From: an uncultured Acidimicrobiaceae bacterium | Lineage (GTDB): Bacteria > Actinomycetota > Acidimicrobiia > Acidimicrobiales > RAAP-2 | Length of the DNA stretch: 64,000 bases | Reading direction: 5' to 3' | Assembly: GCA_963788585.1 (NCBI GenBank) | Contig: CAWBHA010000006.1 | Coordinates: forward strand, 175,824 to 239,823 | Shown: in pieces, positions 35,820 to 45,942 of the stretch | Position numbering within the stretch: position 1 is the stretch's first letter | Layout: each line of letters begins with the position of its first letter | The notes under the pieces: generated by a model | Databases searched by the model: none | What the model was told of the DNA's origin: nothing | What the model saw: only the letters and a program-made list of their open reading frames with translations | Translations under genes and position numbers: made by a program

Positions 35820-36596
35820 TCAACCGTGAGGTGGGCGGCGGTAGGCAAGCTCGTCGGGCCAGAGGTTGACGATTTTGTAGCCCGCTTGCCTGAGGAGCCT
35901 CTTGAGATCCAAGTATCGGCTCCGACTCAGGTGTTTCTTCTCAAAGATCAGGAACTGCGGCGCCCACGAAGCCGTGAACGGGAGATCCCGAATGATCTGG
36001 TCGTCGAAACCCTCGGCATCGATGTGAAGGAGGTCGACCTTGGTAAGGCCCGTTTCGTCGATCAACGACGCCACGGTCCTGGATTCCACCTCGACGGTGA
36101 AGATACGGCTCGCGAGCTCCGGGAGCGCGTACGCGTGGCTCATGACGACGTCCCTGTCCAACGACGTGAGCTGCATGACCCAATCAGGGTCTTTCGGCCG
36201 AGGGTCGACGGAATACATCGTCATGGTGCCCTCGCCGGCTCCGATTGCAACCTGGAAGAAGGACAGCCCCGGCGCCCCTTCGTAGTTGGCGACCAATTGC
36301 TCGAAGAGCCCCGGCACGGGTTCGACCAAGATCCCCGACCACGCACAGGACCGGACCACTTCATGGAGAGGATCGTTCGCCTTGCCGTCGCAGGAGCCGA
36401 CCTGCACGAAGGTGAGTGGCCTGCCGGAGCGCCTGGCGATCTCCGCCACGACCCCTCGGGCATTCCACGCGCACATCTTGCACCACAGGCTCCAAGGCAG
36501 ATGGGTTGCCAGCCACGCCGCGTTGGCGATACGACGACGGACGGAGTACTGCCAACGCCGCTGCAGCCTGAGAGAAGCGCCTAGCGACGAATCCAC
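35820..36596 (-). CDS. FkbM-family methyltransferase
   Basis: 258 aa: FVQVGSCDGKANDPLHEVV..GILVEPVPGLFEQLVANY..QVAIGAGEGTMTMY..VDLLHIDAEGFDDQI. Confidence 0.75.
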   Translation of the reverse strand: MDSSLGASLRLQRRWQYSVRRRIANAAWLATHLPWSLWCKMCAWNARGVVAEIARRSGRPLTFVQVGSCDGKANDPLHEVVRSCAWSGILVEPVPGLFEQLVANYEGAPGLSFFQVAIGAGEGTMTMYSVDPRPKDPDWVMQLTSLDRDVVMSHAYALPELASRIFTVEVESRTVASLIDETGLTKVDLLHIDAEGFDDQIIRDLPFTASWAPQFLIFEKKHLSRSRYLDLKRLLRQAGYKIVNLWPDELAYRRPPHG

Positions 36597-36745
36597 CGCA
36601 TGACCCGCTGGAGACCGTGCCGACGCGTGTCGAGCACTTCGTCAGTCACCGGTAATCGGATCGTTACCATCTGAACGACGCTACTGCGCAGAGATCCGGT
36701 TCGAGTCCATCGATCATTCCTGACAGTCGGCGATAGCGTGAGCCC

Positions 36746-37372
36746 ATGACGGAGCCGGACGTCGAGTTCGTCTTGTTCGATCTCGGAGGAGTCCTGGTCG
36801 AGCTCGGGGATCTGGCGGCTCTCCAAGAGATGACCGGGTTCCGCGGCGACACAGATGCATGGCAGCAGATCTTGGAACCCTGGATGAGTCGATTTGAGAC
36901 AGGCCAATGCTCGGCGAGCGAGTTCTCGACCGGAGTCGTTGCCGAGTGGGGAGTTGCCATCACGCCAGCGCGGTACCTGGAGATCCTGCGTGAGTGGCCG
37001 ATCGGCCTTTACCCCGGCACGACTGAGCTCCTTTCGGAGATCCACCAAGCCGTGGAGATCGGATGCCTGAGCAACACCAACGCCTTGCACTGGGAGGACC
37101 AGGCTGCACGCTGGCCGGAGCTGGAGACGTTCGATTACCGATTCCTCTCGTTTGAACTGGGCCTGAGGAAGCCCGACGGCGCGATCTACCAGGCCGTCGC
37201 CGAACGGCTGCCGTACGACACGGACCGGGTGCTCTTCTTGGACGATCTCGCCGTGAATGCCGATGCGGCTCGCTCCTTCGGGTTCCGGTCCGAGCAGGTC
37301 CGAGGCCTCGATGAGGTTGTGGCTGTGCTCCGGGACCATGGACTGCTCACTGTTTCGGAGGGCGTCCCCTGA
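36746..37372 (+). CDS. HAD-superfamily hydrolase (subfamily IA)
   Basis: FVLFDLGGVLVE (DxG motif I), LSNTN (motif II), KPDGAIY, LFLDDLAVN (motif IV). Confidence 0.8.
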   Translation: MTEPDVEFVLFDLGGVLVELGDLAALQEMTGFRGDTDAWQQILEPWMSRFETGQCSASEFSTGVVAEWGVAITPARYLEILREWPIGLYPGTTELLSEIHQAVEIGCLSNTNALHWEDQAARWPELETFDYRFLSFELGLRKPDGAIYQAVAERLPYDTDRVLFLDDLAVNADAARSFGFRSEQVRGLDEVVAVLRDHGLLTVSEGVP

Positions 37373-37530
37373 CCGCCCACAAAGGCAGGGGCTGGTCGTC
37401 TCGGCGGAAGTCCGACGTGAGGCGAAGGCCAAGGTTTCGCCTCCGGGTGGGGCCGAATTCCCTCCCCCGAACACCGGGTACCGGGCTCCCCCTCGGGGTC
37501 GCGTCCGATCCGTCAGGATCTGGGCATAGA

Positions 37531-38807
37531 GTGAAAGCACACCTACGTCAGTCACGAGACAAGGGTGGCAGCGGCCCCTCCTCCACCCAACGAGGGGCCG
37601 CTTCGCGTGGCGGGTCGGCGCGGATCGAGGCGGACACGCAAGCTGCCGTCGGGGCGGCAGACCCGATCGACGAACGCGGCGCCCGGACGGAGGAACACGT
37701 GCCTCCCCTAGGTCCCGGCCGCACCGCTGTGGCCTGGGGAATCTCCGAGCCGAATGTCCTCAAGCGCACAGACCGTTCGTCCGACATACACCGGGTGGCA
37801 ACGATTTCCCGGGAGACCGACCTCGACCGCCTGCACTTTCTCATCGAAACACAACGGCTGATCAACGCCGGCGCGTCCGAGGCGGAACGCGTCATGGCCG
37901 TCGTCCTCGAGCGGGTACAGCACATCACGGACGCTGATGGCGCAGCGGTCGAGATCGTCGACGGCGACGCCTTGGTCTACCGGGCCGTCAGTGGCATCGC
38001 AGAAAACTCGGACGGGATCCGCGTCGACCTCGAGTCCACCCTGTCGGGTCTCTGCGTCCGTATGGGCATGCCTCTGCTCTGCCGTGACACCGAATCCGAC
38101 TCCCGAGTCGACCGCGAGGCGTGCCGCATGGTTGCCGCTCGTTCGATGGCGGTGGCACCGCTCGTCCATTCCGGCGAGACCGTAGGCGTGTTCAGCGTCT
38201 TCAGCAGCGAGACGGACCACTTCAGCAACGCCGACAGCGATGTCATCGAGCTCATGGCCGGCTTCCTTGCCCCTCATCTCTCGAACTCCTCGAAGCTCGA
38301 GGATGAGGCACACCGCGCCCTCCAGGACCCTGTGACCGGGTTGCCCAACCGCATGATCCTCATGGACCGGCTCCAGCAGGCGGTCTACGACGCCCGCCGT
38401 TACGCGCGCCCCTTCGGCTTGTTCGTCGTCGAGCTCGAGGGCCTCGAGGCGCTGAGCAGCGCGCTCGGTCGCGACGCCACCGATGCCGTGGACGCGCCGT
38501 CGGGCGCGGTCTGGACGCGACCGTGCGCTCCGGGGACACCCTGGCCCGCATCGACGGCGAGCAGTTCGTCATTCTGTGCATCAACGCCGACCGAACGGTC
38601 GTCGAGGAACGGATCCGCACTCGCGTCGACTCGGTGCTCGACTCCGTCACCAACGAGATCGGGATGGACGGCTGCCGGTTGACGGCCAATGTCGGCATCG
38701 TCTGGAGTTCTGGAAGCGACGCAAGCCCCGAGAGCTTGCTCACGACGGCCACCACGGCTGCCTACCGGGCCCGGCGCCAGCGCGGTCCGTCCAGCCCCGC
38801 CGTCTGA
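37531..38807 (+). pseudogene. GAF-GGDEF protein with degenerate active site, one frame change
   Basis: ORF 37417..38682 gives a GAF-like region (..VYRAVSGIAENSDG..GLCVRMGMPLLCRDTESD..) and the start of the GGDEF domain (DPVTGLPNRMILMDRLQQAV..FGLFVVELEGL). After a shift near 38490, ORF 38523..38807 continues ..RSGDTLARIDGEQFVILC. The signature reads DGEQF instead of GG(D/E)EF. Start uncertain. Confidence 0.65.
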
Positions 38808-38861
38808 GGCCACACCCTTCCGAACTCGTCGCTTCGTCACCTCACGTGGTCCAATGACCGC

Positions 38862-39905
38862 ATGACGACCGATCCCACCTCAGATCCTCGGCTCGACCCT
38901 CGACTTCGACGCCTTCTCCAATTCGTGCCCTCGAGCCCACTCGGGGACGTCTCGAGCCGCGAGGAGCTGCTGGCGGAGGCCAATTCCGAGAAGGCCCGAG
39001 AGGGTCGCGAGGCCTTCCGTTCCATCCAGGACCTCTGTGACACCGAGGAGGCCGCGCCGACAGCCGGGCTCACCCTCCGTTCGACGCAGTGCACCTCGGA
39101 GCCCGACGGCAACACCATCAACCTGCAGATCATCCGCCCGGACACGTCTGAAACGCTGGCCTGCGTGTACTACATCCACGGCGGAGGCATGGCGGCCCTG
39201 TCGTGCTTCGACGGCATGTACCGAGGCTGGGGCAAGCACATCGCTGCCAACGGCGTCGCGGTCGTCATGGTCGACTTTCGCAACTGCGTCGTGGCGTCGT
39301 CAGCTCCCGAGGTCGCCCCGTACCCGGCCGGTCTCAACGATTGCGTGTCGGGGCTGCACTGGGTGGTGTCACACGCGGACGACCTCGGCATCGACCCGGC
39401 GCGGATCATCGTGGCCGGCGAAAGCGGCGGGGGAAACCTCACCCTTGCCTCCGGCCTCAAGCTGCGGCGGGACGGCGACCTGGACCTCGTCAAGGGGTTG
39501 TACGCCCTCTGCCCCTACATCGCCGGGCAGTGGCCTGCACCCGGCTGCCCCTCTTCAGTCGAGAACGAAGGGATCCTGCTGCACCTGCACGACAACCGCG
39601 GCGCCATGGGCTACGGCATCGAGGCATTCGAGGCCCGCGATCCGCTGGCCTGGCCCTCCTTCGCGACGGAAGAAGACGTGCGCGGCTTCCCACCTACGGT
39701 CATCAGCGTCAACGAGTGCGACCCACTCCGCGACGAGGGGGTCAACTTCTACCGGCTCCTTCTCGCGGCCGGCGTGCCAGCCCGCTGCCGCCAGATCATG
39801 GGGACCATGCACGGCACGGAGATCTTCAGCATCGCCTGCCCGGAGATCAGCCGCGACGGCGCCCGGCACATCGCGGCCTTCGCCCGCGACGAAGCGCAGA
39901 TCTGA
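38862..39905 (+). CDS. alpha/beta hydrolase, hormone-sensitive-lipase-like esterase
   Basis: 347 aa: YYIHGGGMA (HGGG oxyanion motif), VAGESGGGNL (GxSxG), C-terminal ..GTMHG. Confidence 0.8.
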   Translation: MTTDPTSDPRLDPRLRRLLQFVPSSPLGDVSSREELLAEANSEKAREGREAFRSIQDLCDTEEAAPTAGLTLRSTQCTSEPDGNTINLQIIRPDTSETLACVYYIHGGGMAALSCFDGMYRGWGKHIAANGVAVVMVDFRNCVVASSAPEVAPYPAGLNDCVSGLHWVVSHADDLGIDPARIIVAGESGGGNLTLASGLKLRRDGDLDLVKGLYALCPYIAGQWPAPGCPSSVENEGILLHLHDNRGAMGYGIEAFEARDPLAWPSFATEEDVRGFPPTVISVNECDPLRDEGVNFYRLLLAAGVPARCRQIMGTMHGTEIFSIACPEISRDGARHIAAFARDEAQI

Positions 39906-39942
39906 CCCGAACCCACGATGGCCGGGGGCTACGCTCCCCGCC

Positions 39943-41320
39943 GTGAGCAAGCTGGATTCGCACTGCCCTCGTCTCGCGCGCCCCGGGACCCTTCTCCTCG
40001 GCGCTCTCGGTCTCGCGGGTCTCGTGGCGGCCCCGAGCGCCGCCGCCTCGACGTCCTCGCACGGGTCGTCGAGCATCGCGCGCTGCCGCGCTGGCCCCCG
40101 GGAAGATCGACCACATCCTCGTGATCGAGTTCGAGAACGAGGGCTACGACGTGACGTTCGGTCCCGGGTCCCCGGCCACATACCTCAACGATACGCTCCG
40201 CCCGAAGGGTGAGCTGCTGCAGAATTACTACGCCATCGGGCACAACAGCCTCGACAACTACATCGCCCAGGTCTCCGGTCAGGGGCCGACCATGGACACA
40301 CAGGCCGACTGCGCCGACAACGGCTTCGCCTTCGCCAACGTGGTCCCGGGCACTCCCGACCCCGACCAGGCTGCCAACCCCGGGCAGGTCGACGGTGAGG
40401 GCTGTGTCTACCCAGCTGCGGTGCAGACGATCGCCTCGCAGCTCGACGCCAAGTATCCCCCCAACAAGAAGTCGCACGTGGCCGCATGGCGCGCCTACGA
40501 ACAGGACATGGGCAGCACGCCAGCGCGTGACGGAGGCACGCCGGACCCGACGGGCGGCACCGACTGCGGGCACCCGGCGATCGGCGCCACCGACACCGCC
40601 GAGGTGGCCACCCCGACCGACCAGTACACGACCCGGCACAACCCCTTCGTCTGGTTCCACTCGGTCATCGACAACACGGCCGAATGCAACGCCAACGTCG
40701 TGCCGCTCGGGACACTCGGCCCAGACGGCGCACCGGCGCCCAGCGGCCACCTGGCCCTCGACTTGCAGCACGCCGGCACGACGCCTCGCTTCGGCTTCAT
40801 CACGCCCAATTTGTGCAACGACGGCCACGACGACCCGTGCGCCGGGCCCAACAGCACCAACGGCCACCAGGGCGGCCTCGTCGGCGCGGACCAGTTCCTC
40901 CAGGCGTGGATGCCGCTCATCCTCTCCTCGCCCGCCTACAAGAGCGGCACCATGCTGGTGGTCATCACGTTCGACGAGTCCGATGTCGGCGGCTCCGACT
41001 CTGCGCTCGCCTGCTGCGACGAGCAGCCCGGGCCCAACACCCATGCACCGGGCAACGCCGGTGCCTCCTCGGACGCCACGGCACCTGGCGGCGGCCAGAT
41101 CGGCGCGCTGCTGCTCAATTCCCGGTACGTCGCGACCGGTTCGACCGATACCACCGGTACGTACAACCACTACTCGGCGTTGCGCAGCTACGAGGACCTG
41201 CTCGGCCTCACCACGGGCGGCAACGACGGTCACGGCCACCTCGGCTTCGCGGCGCAATCGGGGCTGGCACCTTTCGGCCCCGACGTGTTCCCGCCCAAGA
41301 CGAGTCACGGGTCGCACTGA
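39943..41320 (+). pseudogene. secreted phosphoesterase-family protein (PLC/acid-phosphatase-like), frame change in a C5G3 run
   Basis: Frame 1 from GTG 39943 gives a signal peptide (VSKLDSHCPRLARPGTLLLGALGLAGLVAAPSAAA). Frame 2 (ORF 40121..41320, open upstream) gives PGKIDHILVIEFENEGYD...ITPNLCNDGHD...VVITFDESD. The switch lies at GCCCCCGGG, 40094-40102. Confidence 0.7.
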
Positions 41321-41359
41321 CGCTCGGAGGCCAGGCGCCCAAATGTGGCCCGAGGGCCA

Positions 41360-41878
41360 TCAGTCCAAGCGGCGAAGCCCTTCCCGGTAGCGCTTGGCGT
41401 TGGCGATGTACTCGTCCACCGAGATGCGGATCATGGCGACGTCCGACCGCCCCTCGAGGATTTTCGCCGGGACGCCCAGGGCCAGCGCACCGGCCGGCAC
41501 GACCACGTGGTTCGGGACCACCGCGTTGGCCCCGACGGTCGCGCCCTGGCCGATCCGGGCCCAATGCAAGACCACGCTGCTCGAGCCCGCCAACGACTCG
41601 TCATCGAGGACGCACCCCTCGAGGTGCACGAGGTGTCCTACCACGCAGCGGTCGCCCACGATGGTGGGGAAACCGGGACCGGCGTGGATCACCGTCCCGT
41701 CCTGAATGGAGGTGCCCGCGCCGATGGTGATCGTCCCGTAGTCACCGCGCAGGACCGCCCGAGGCCACACGCTCGACTGGGCACCGATCGTCACGTCGCC
41801 GATCACTGTGGCATCGGGATGGACGTAGGCCTCGGCGTGGATCCGCGGTGCGACGCCGTCGATCTCGTAGAGCGCCAT
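41360..41878 (-). CDS. gamma-carbonic-anhydrase-like hexapeptide-repeat protein
   Basis: 172 aa: APRIHAEAYVHPDATVIGDVTIGAQSSVWPRAVLRGDYGTITIGAGTSIQDGTVIH... Confidence 0.85.
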   Translation of the reverse strand: MALYEIDGVAPRIHAEAYVHPDATVIGDVTIGAQSSVWPRAVLRGDYGTITIGAGTSIQDGTVIHAGPGFPTIVGDRCVVGHLVHLEGCVLDDESLAGSSSVVLHWARIGQGATVGANAVVPNHVVVPAGALALGVPAKILEGRSDVAMIRISVDEYIANAKRYREGLRRLD

Positions 41879-41888
41879 TCGTGCGACG

Positions 41889-42137
41889 CTACACGTGCGC
41901 GGCGATCCAGGTCACACCCTGGTAGCCGCGATAGCCCAGGTAGACCACGCTGGCCACCAGCATCGCCTTGAAGTACCACGGGATGGGCTGGCGTTCCTGC
42001 TCGGCGAGGATCGTGCCGCAACGCGGACACTCTCCTTCCTCGCCCAGGTCCTCGTCCTCGACGAGCGCGTCACACTCCTCGCACCACGCCATCAGGTCCG
42101 TCCCGTCCTCACTTGCCTCACTTGCCTCACTTGCCAC
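41889..42137 (-). CDS. small zinc-ribbon protein with C-terminal TM helix
   Basis: 82 aa: WCEECDALV..ECPRCGT (CxxC..CxxC), then WYFKAMLVASVVYLGY. The N-terminus (ASEASEASE) is encoded by a 9-bp x3 tandem repeat. Alternative start at MAWCEEC (42092). Confidence 0.45.
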   Translation of the reverse strand: MASEASEASEDGTDLMAWCEECDALVEDEDLGEEGECPRCGTILAEQERQPIPWYFKAMLVASVVYLGYRGYQGVTWIAAHV

Positions 42138-43449
42138 CGACGCGCACCCGGAGCTTCATCGGCGTCGAGCCGAGTTCGAACTTCTCGCGCAGCCCGCGCT
42201 CGATGTAGCGGAGATAGGTCTGCGGCAGCCGGCCGTTGGTGAAGAGGGTGAAGGTCGGGGGGTCGATGGCACCCTGGACGATGTAACGGATCTTGGCTCG
42301 GGGTGCGGGCTGACGACCCTGCAGCTCTTGGACCGTCCGATTCAGCGCACCGGTCGGCACCCGCCGGTGATAGGTCTCGACCACGCCGCGGAGGGCCGGG
42401 AGGATCCGTTGCACACCTTTGCCCGACAGGGCCGAGATCTTGAGCACGGGCGCCGTGCCCAAGAATGCGAGGCGGTCCCCCACCCCTGCGAGCACGTCGT
42501 CGCGGTCGTCGACGGCGACCTGGTCCCACTTGTTCAGCACGACGATCGCGGGGCATCCCGACACACCGATCCGCTCGGCCAAGCGCTGGTCCTGGTGCGA
42601 TGCACCGACCGTCGCGTCGATGACCAGGAGGGCGACGTCGGCCCGTTCGAGGGCACGCAGGGCACGCATGGTTGCGTGTTGCTCCGTTCCCCGATCGGTC
42701 TTGGACGGTCGCCGAAGCCCGGCGGTGTCGATGAAGCACACCGGGCCGTCCGGCGTCTCGACCACGGTGTCGATGGCGTCACGAGTCGTCCCGGGCAGGT
42801 CATGGACGATGGATCGCTCCTCCCCGAGGAGTCGGTTGAAGAGGGTCGACTTGCCCACGTTGGGCCGTCCGATGATGGCCACACGCGGCGTGCCGTGGTC
42901 GACCTCCCCGTTCTCGCTCTCGGCGAACGCCGGAGTCGACGTCGCGGCAGGAAGCGGGACGGGGAGGAGGCCCACCACCTCGTCGAGCAGGTCGCCGGTG
43001 CCCCGGCCGTGCAGCGCGCTGACGGGAAAGGGGTCGCCGAGCCCCAAGGAGACGAACTCCCATGCCGGCGCCTCCCGGTTGACGTCGTCCACCTTGTTGA
43101 CCACGAGGCGCACCGGCGGTCCGGCACGTCGGATCATCTTGGCCGCCGCGAGGTCTTCGTCGGTGACGCCGGTCGTCACGTCGACCACCATGAGGACGAC
43201 GTCGGCGTCGGCCAGTGCCCGCTCGGCTTGCGCGCGTACCTTGTCGTCGAGCGCGTCGCCACCGGCGAGCCACCCGCCGGTGTCCGTCACCGAGAAGGGC
43301 ACGCCGGCCCACTCGGCGTCGAGCACCTTGCGGTCGCGGGTCACACCCTGCTCCTCCTCGACCACGGCGGCCCGGCTGCCCACGATCCGGTTCACCAAGG
43401 ACGACTTGCCGACGTTGGGCCGGCCCGCCACCACCACCATCGGCGTCAT
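42127..43449 (-). CDS. der: ribosome-associated GTPase Der (EngA), two GTPase domains
   Basis: 440 aa with GRPNVGKSSL twice, DTGG/DTAG and NKVD/NKWD motifs, and a KH-like C-terminus. Confidence 0.9.
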   Translation of the reverse strand: MTPMVVVAGRPNVGKSSLVNRIVGSRAAVVEEEQGVTRDRKVLDAEWAGVPFSVTDTGGWLAGGDALDDKVRAQAERALADADVVLMVVDVTTGVTDEDLAAAKMIRRAGPPVRLVVNKVDDVNREAPAWEFVSLGLGDPFPVSALHGRGTGDLLDEVVGLLPVPLPAATSTPAFAESENGEVDHGTPRVAIIGRPNVGKSTLFNRLLGEERSIVHDLPGTTRDAIDTVVETPDGPVCFIDTAGLRRPSKTDRGTEQHATMRALRALERADVALLVIDATVGASHQDQRLAERIGVSGCPAIVVLNKWDQVAVDDRDDVLAGVGDRLAFLGTAPVLKISALSGKGVQRILPALRGVVETYHRRVPTGALNRTVQELQGRQPAPRAKIRYIVQGAIDPPTFTLFTNGRLPQTYLRYIERGLREKFELGSTPMKLRVRVGGK

Positions 43450-44831
43450 GATGCGCAGGTAGGGCGGAACGATGTGCCGTCGAGCGCCTTGCGCAGCGAC
43501 CCTCCCTCGGTCGGCACCACCTCGACCGGCCGCGGCAGGTCGGCCAGGGTCAGGCCGTCGAGGAAGCGGCCCTCGTTGAGACAGGCGTCGGGCAGCAGGC
43601 AGCGGGTCTCGTCGGGGACGCCGGCCAGGGCTCGGGCGACGTCCTCACCGGTGAGCAGCCCGGCCACGCCGATGTTGCCCCCGAAGAAGTCGTTCGGCAC
43701 GGCGCGCAGCGCGACGTCGGGTCGTGGATGCGCGGCGACCAGGGGTGCGAGCACGCGGGCACCGTACGTGCCCGTCAGCACGACGACGGGACGCTCGTCG
43801 CGGCCGTCCGGTGCCGTCGACAGCCGTGGGGCGCGATACCCCTCGGCCGGCGCCGCGTCGACGGCGGCGAAGAACCCGTGGCGGACCCCGCCCGGCCCGG
43901 CCCGTCCGGGACGGGCGAACGACTCGGTGAAGGACCGCGCCATGCCGATCCCGTTCTCGTGCTGGGGGTAACCCTCGTAGTGGCGCGCCGGGGGCAATTC
44001 GCGCCCCGCCAGGAGGTAGTACTCGTCCGCGGCGAAGACCATGCGGTGCCCGACGGCCGCGCGGAAGAGGCGCTGCCACTCCTCGAGCGTGTCGAGGACG
44101 TGGGCCGCCTCGTCAGGACTGTGTGGGCGCATCTCGGGCTCGTTCGAGTACCGGCTGACGCCGAGCGGTACGACCCCCACGCTCGCCAGCTCGGAGTAGC
44201 GGTCCAGGATCCCGGCCAGGGTGTCCTCGAGAGCCGGGCCGTCGTTGACACCGGGACACACGACGACCTGGCCGTGCACCTCGATCCCACCCTCGAGGAG
44301 TACCTGCAACCAACGCAGGCTCGTCGCCCCCTTGGGGTTGCGCAACATATGCGCCCGTAGCTCGGGATCGGTGCTGTGGATGGAGACGAAGAGCGGGCCG
44401 AGCCGTTCGGTGAGGATGCGCTCGGCGTCGAGCTCGGTGAAGCGCGTGAGCGTGGTGAAGTTCCCGTAGAGAAAGGACAGCCGGTAGTCGTCGTCCTTGA
44501 GGTAGAGGCTGCGGCGCATGCCCTTGGGCAGTTGGTAGATGAAGCAGAACGCACAGTGGTTGTCGCACGTGCGGATGCGGTCGAACACGGCGGAGGAGAC
44601 TTCGACCCCGAGTGGCTCCCCGGCAACCTTGTCGACGCGCACGAGCCGGGGCACGGGCGCGCCCGTGCGTCGCACGAGGACGCTCAAGGCGTCCGCGTCG
44701 CTGAGTCGTTGGAAGTCGATGACGTCGCGCGGCTCCTCCCCGTCGATGCTGAGGAGCTCGTCGCCCACGGCCAGGCCGGCCCGGGCTGCCGGCGACGCCG
44801 CAGTGACCGAAGTCACCGTGGGAGCTGACAT
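43446..44831 (-). CDS. PDZ-domain / DUF512 radical-SAM-like protein
   Basis: ATG 44831 within ORF 43446..45386. AGLAVGDELLSIDGEEP (PDZ), Cys cluster CDNHCAFCF, long conserved DUF512-like C-terminus. Stop overlaps the der start. Confidence 0.8.
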   Translation of the reverse strand: MSAPTVTSVTAASPAARAGLAVGDELLSIDGEEPRDVIDFQRLSDADALSVLVRRTGAPVPRLVRVDKVAGEPLGVEVSSAVFDRIRTCDNHCAFCFIYQLPKGMRRSLYLKDDDYRLSFLYGNFTTLTRFTELDAERILTERLGPLFVSIHSTDPELRAHMLRNPKGATSLRWLQVLLEGGIEVHGQVVVCPGVNDGPALEDTLAGILDRYSELASVGVVPLGVSRYSNEPEMRPHSPDEAAHVLDTLEEWQRLFRAAVGHRMVFAADEYYLLAGRELPPARHYEGYPQHENGIGMARSFTESFARPGRAGPGGVRHGFFAAVDAAPAEGYRAPRLSTAPDGRDERPVVVLTGTYGARVLAPLVAAHPRPDVALRAVPNDFFGGNIGVAGLLTGEDVARALAGVPDETRCLLPDACLNEGRFLDGLTLADLPRPVEVVPTEGGSLRKALDGTSFRPTCAS

Positions 44832-44864
44832 GACCCCAAGAGTACTGCCGATAACCTGGACTTT

Positions 44865-45917
44865 GTGCCCGGAGTCGATCGAGTGATGCTCGCAGAGCCG
44901 CGGGGGTTCTGTGCCGGGGTCGAGAAGGCGATCAAGGCCCTGGCCTGGATGGTCCGGGTCTTCGAGCCGCCGGTCTACTGCTACCACGAGATCGTGCACA
45001 ACCGACACGTGGTCGAGCGCTTCCGCGAGCAGGGCGTGGTCTTCGTCGACGACGTGGCCGAGGTGCCACCCGGGGCACCCCTGATGCTCAGCGCCCACGG
45101 GTCGGCCCCGCAGGTGGTCGACGCCGCTCGCGCCCGTGGCGGTGTCGTGGTCGACGCCGTGTGCCCGCTCGTGACGAAAGTGCACCACGAGCTCAAGGTG
45201 CGCAGCCGGAAGGGCTACACCGTGTTGTACGTCGGGCACGCGGGCCACGAGGAGGCGGTGGGCACGATGGCCGTGGCACCCGACTCCGTCCGCCTGCTCG
45301 AGCACGCAGAGGACCTCGACGCACTTGACGACGTCGCGGTCGAGGGAACACCGGTCGCGCTGCTGGCGCAGACGACGCTCAGCCACGACGAGTGGCGAGG
45401 CCTGATGGAGGCGGCCCGCAGCCGCTTCCCCGAATTGTGGATGCCCAACCGCAGCGACCTCTGCTTCGCCACGACGAACCGCCAGGCCGCCCTCAAGGCG
45501 ATCGCCTCGAAGTCCGACGCGGTGGTCGTGATCGGATCGGCCAATTCCTCCAACACCGTCGCCCTCGAGCAGGTCGCCCGGACCGGCGGCTGTCCGCGGG
45601 TGCTCCGGGTGAACGAGGCCGACGAGATCCCCGACGACCTGACGGGCACGGTCGGCGTCACCGCCGGCGCCTCGGCGCCCGAAGCGTTGGTGGACTCGGT
45701 CATCGCCCGCCTGGCCCCCGCACAGGGCGTGACCGAGATCACGGTCACCACCGAGGACGAGTACTTCCCGCCGCCGCCCGAGCTGCGTGAACTCCTGCGC
45801 GCCGTGGGCACCACGCTGGGCCTTTTGGCCGGCCGCCCGCTACCGCCCCGGGCCGATCCGGCGGCCGAGGACCGTGCCGTCTCCGCGGCGGACGTCCTGG
45901 ACCTGCTGGCCTCCTGA
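44865..45917 (+). CDS. ispH: 4-hydroxy-3-methylbut-2-enyl diphosphate reductase
   Basis: LAEPRGFCAGVEKAI, YCYHEIVHN, SAHGS, VDAVCPLVTKVH, TTLS, NSSNT. The likely true start is ATG 44886. Confidence 0.9.
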   Translation: MPGVDRVMLAEPRGFCAGVEKAIKALAWMVRVFEPPVYCYHEIVHNRHVVERFREQGVVFVDDVAEVPPGAPLMLSAHGSAPQVVDAARARGGVVVDAVCPLVTKVHHELKVRSRKGYTVLYVGHAGHEEAVGTMAVAPDSVRLLEHAEDLDALDDVAVEGTPVALLAQTTLSHDEWRGLMEAARSRFPELWMPNRSDLCFATTNRQAALKAIASKSDAVVVIGSANSSNTVALEQVARTGGCPRVLRVNEADEIPDDLTGTVGVTAGASAPEALVDSVIARLAPAQGVTEITVTTEDEYFPPPPELRELLRAVGTTLGLLAGRPLPPRADPAAEDRAVSAADVLDLLAS

Positions 45918-45942
45918 GGCCGCACGGCGCGATGATTGCACC

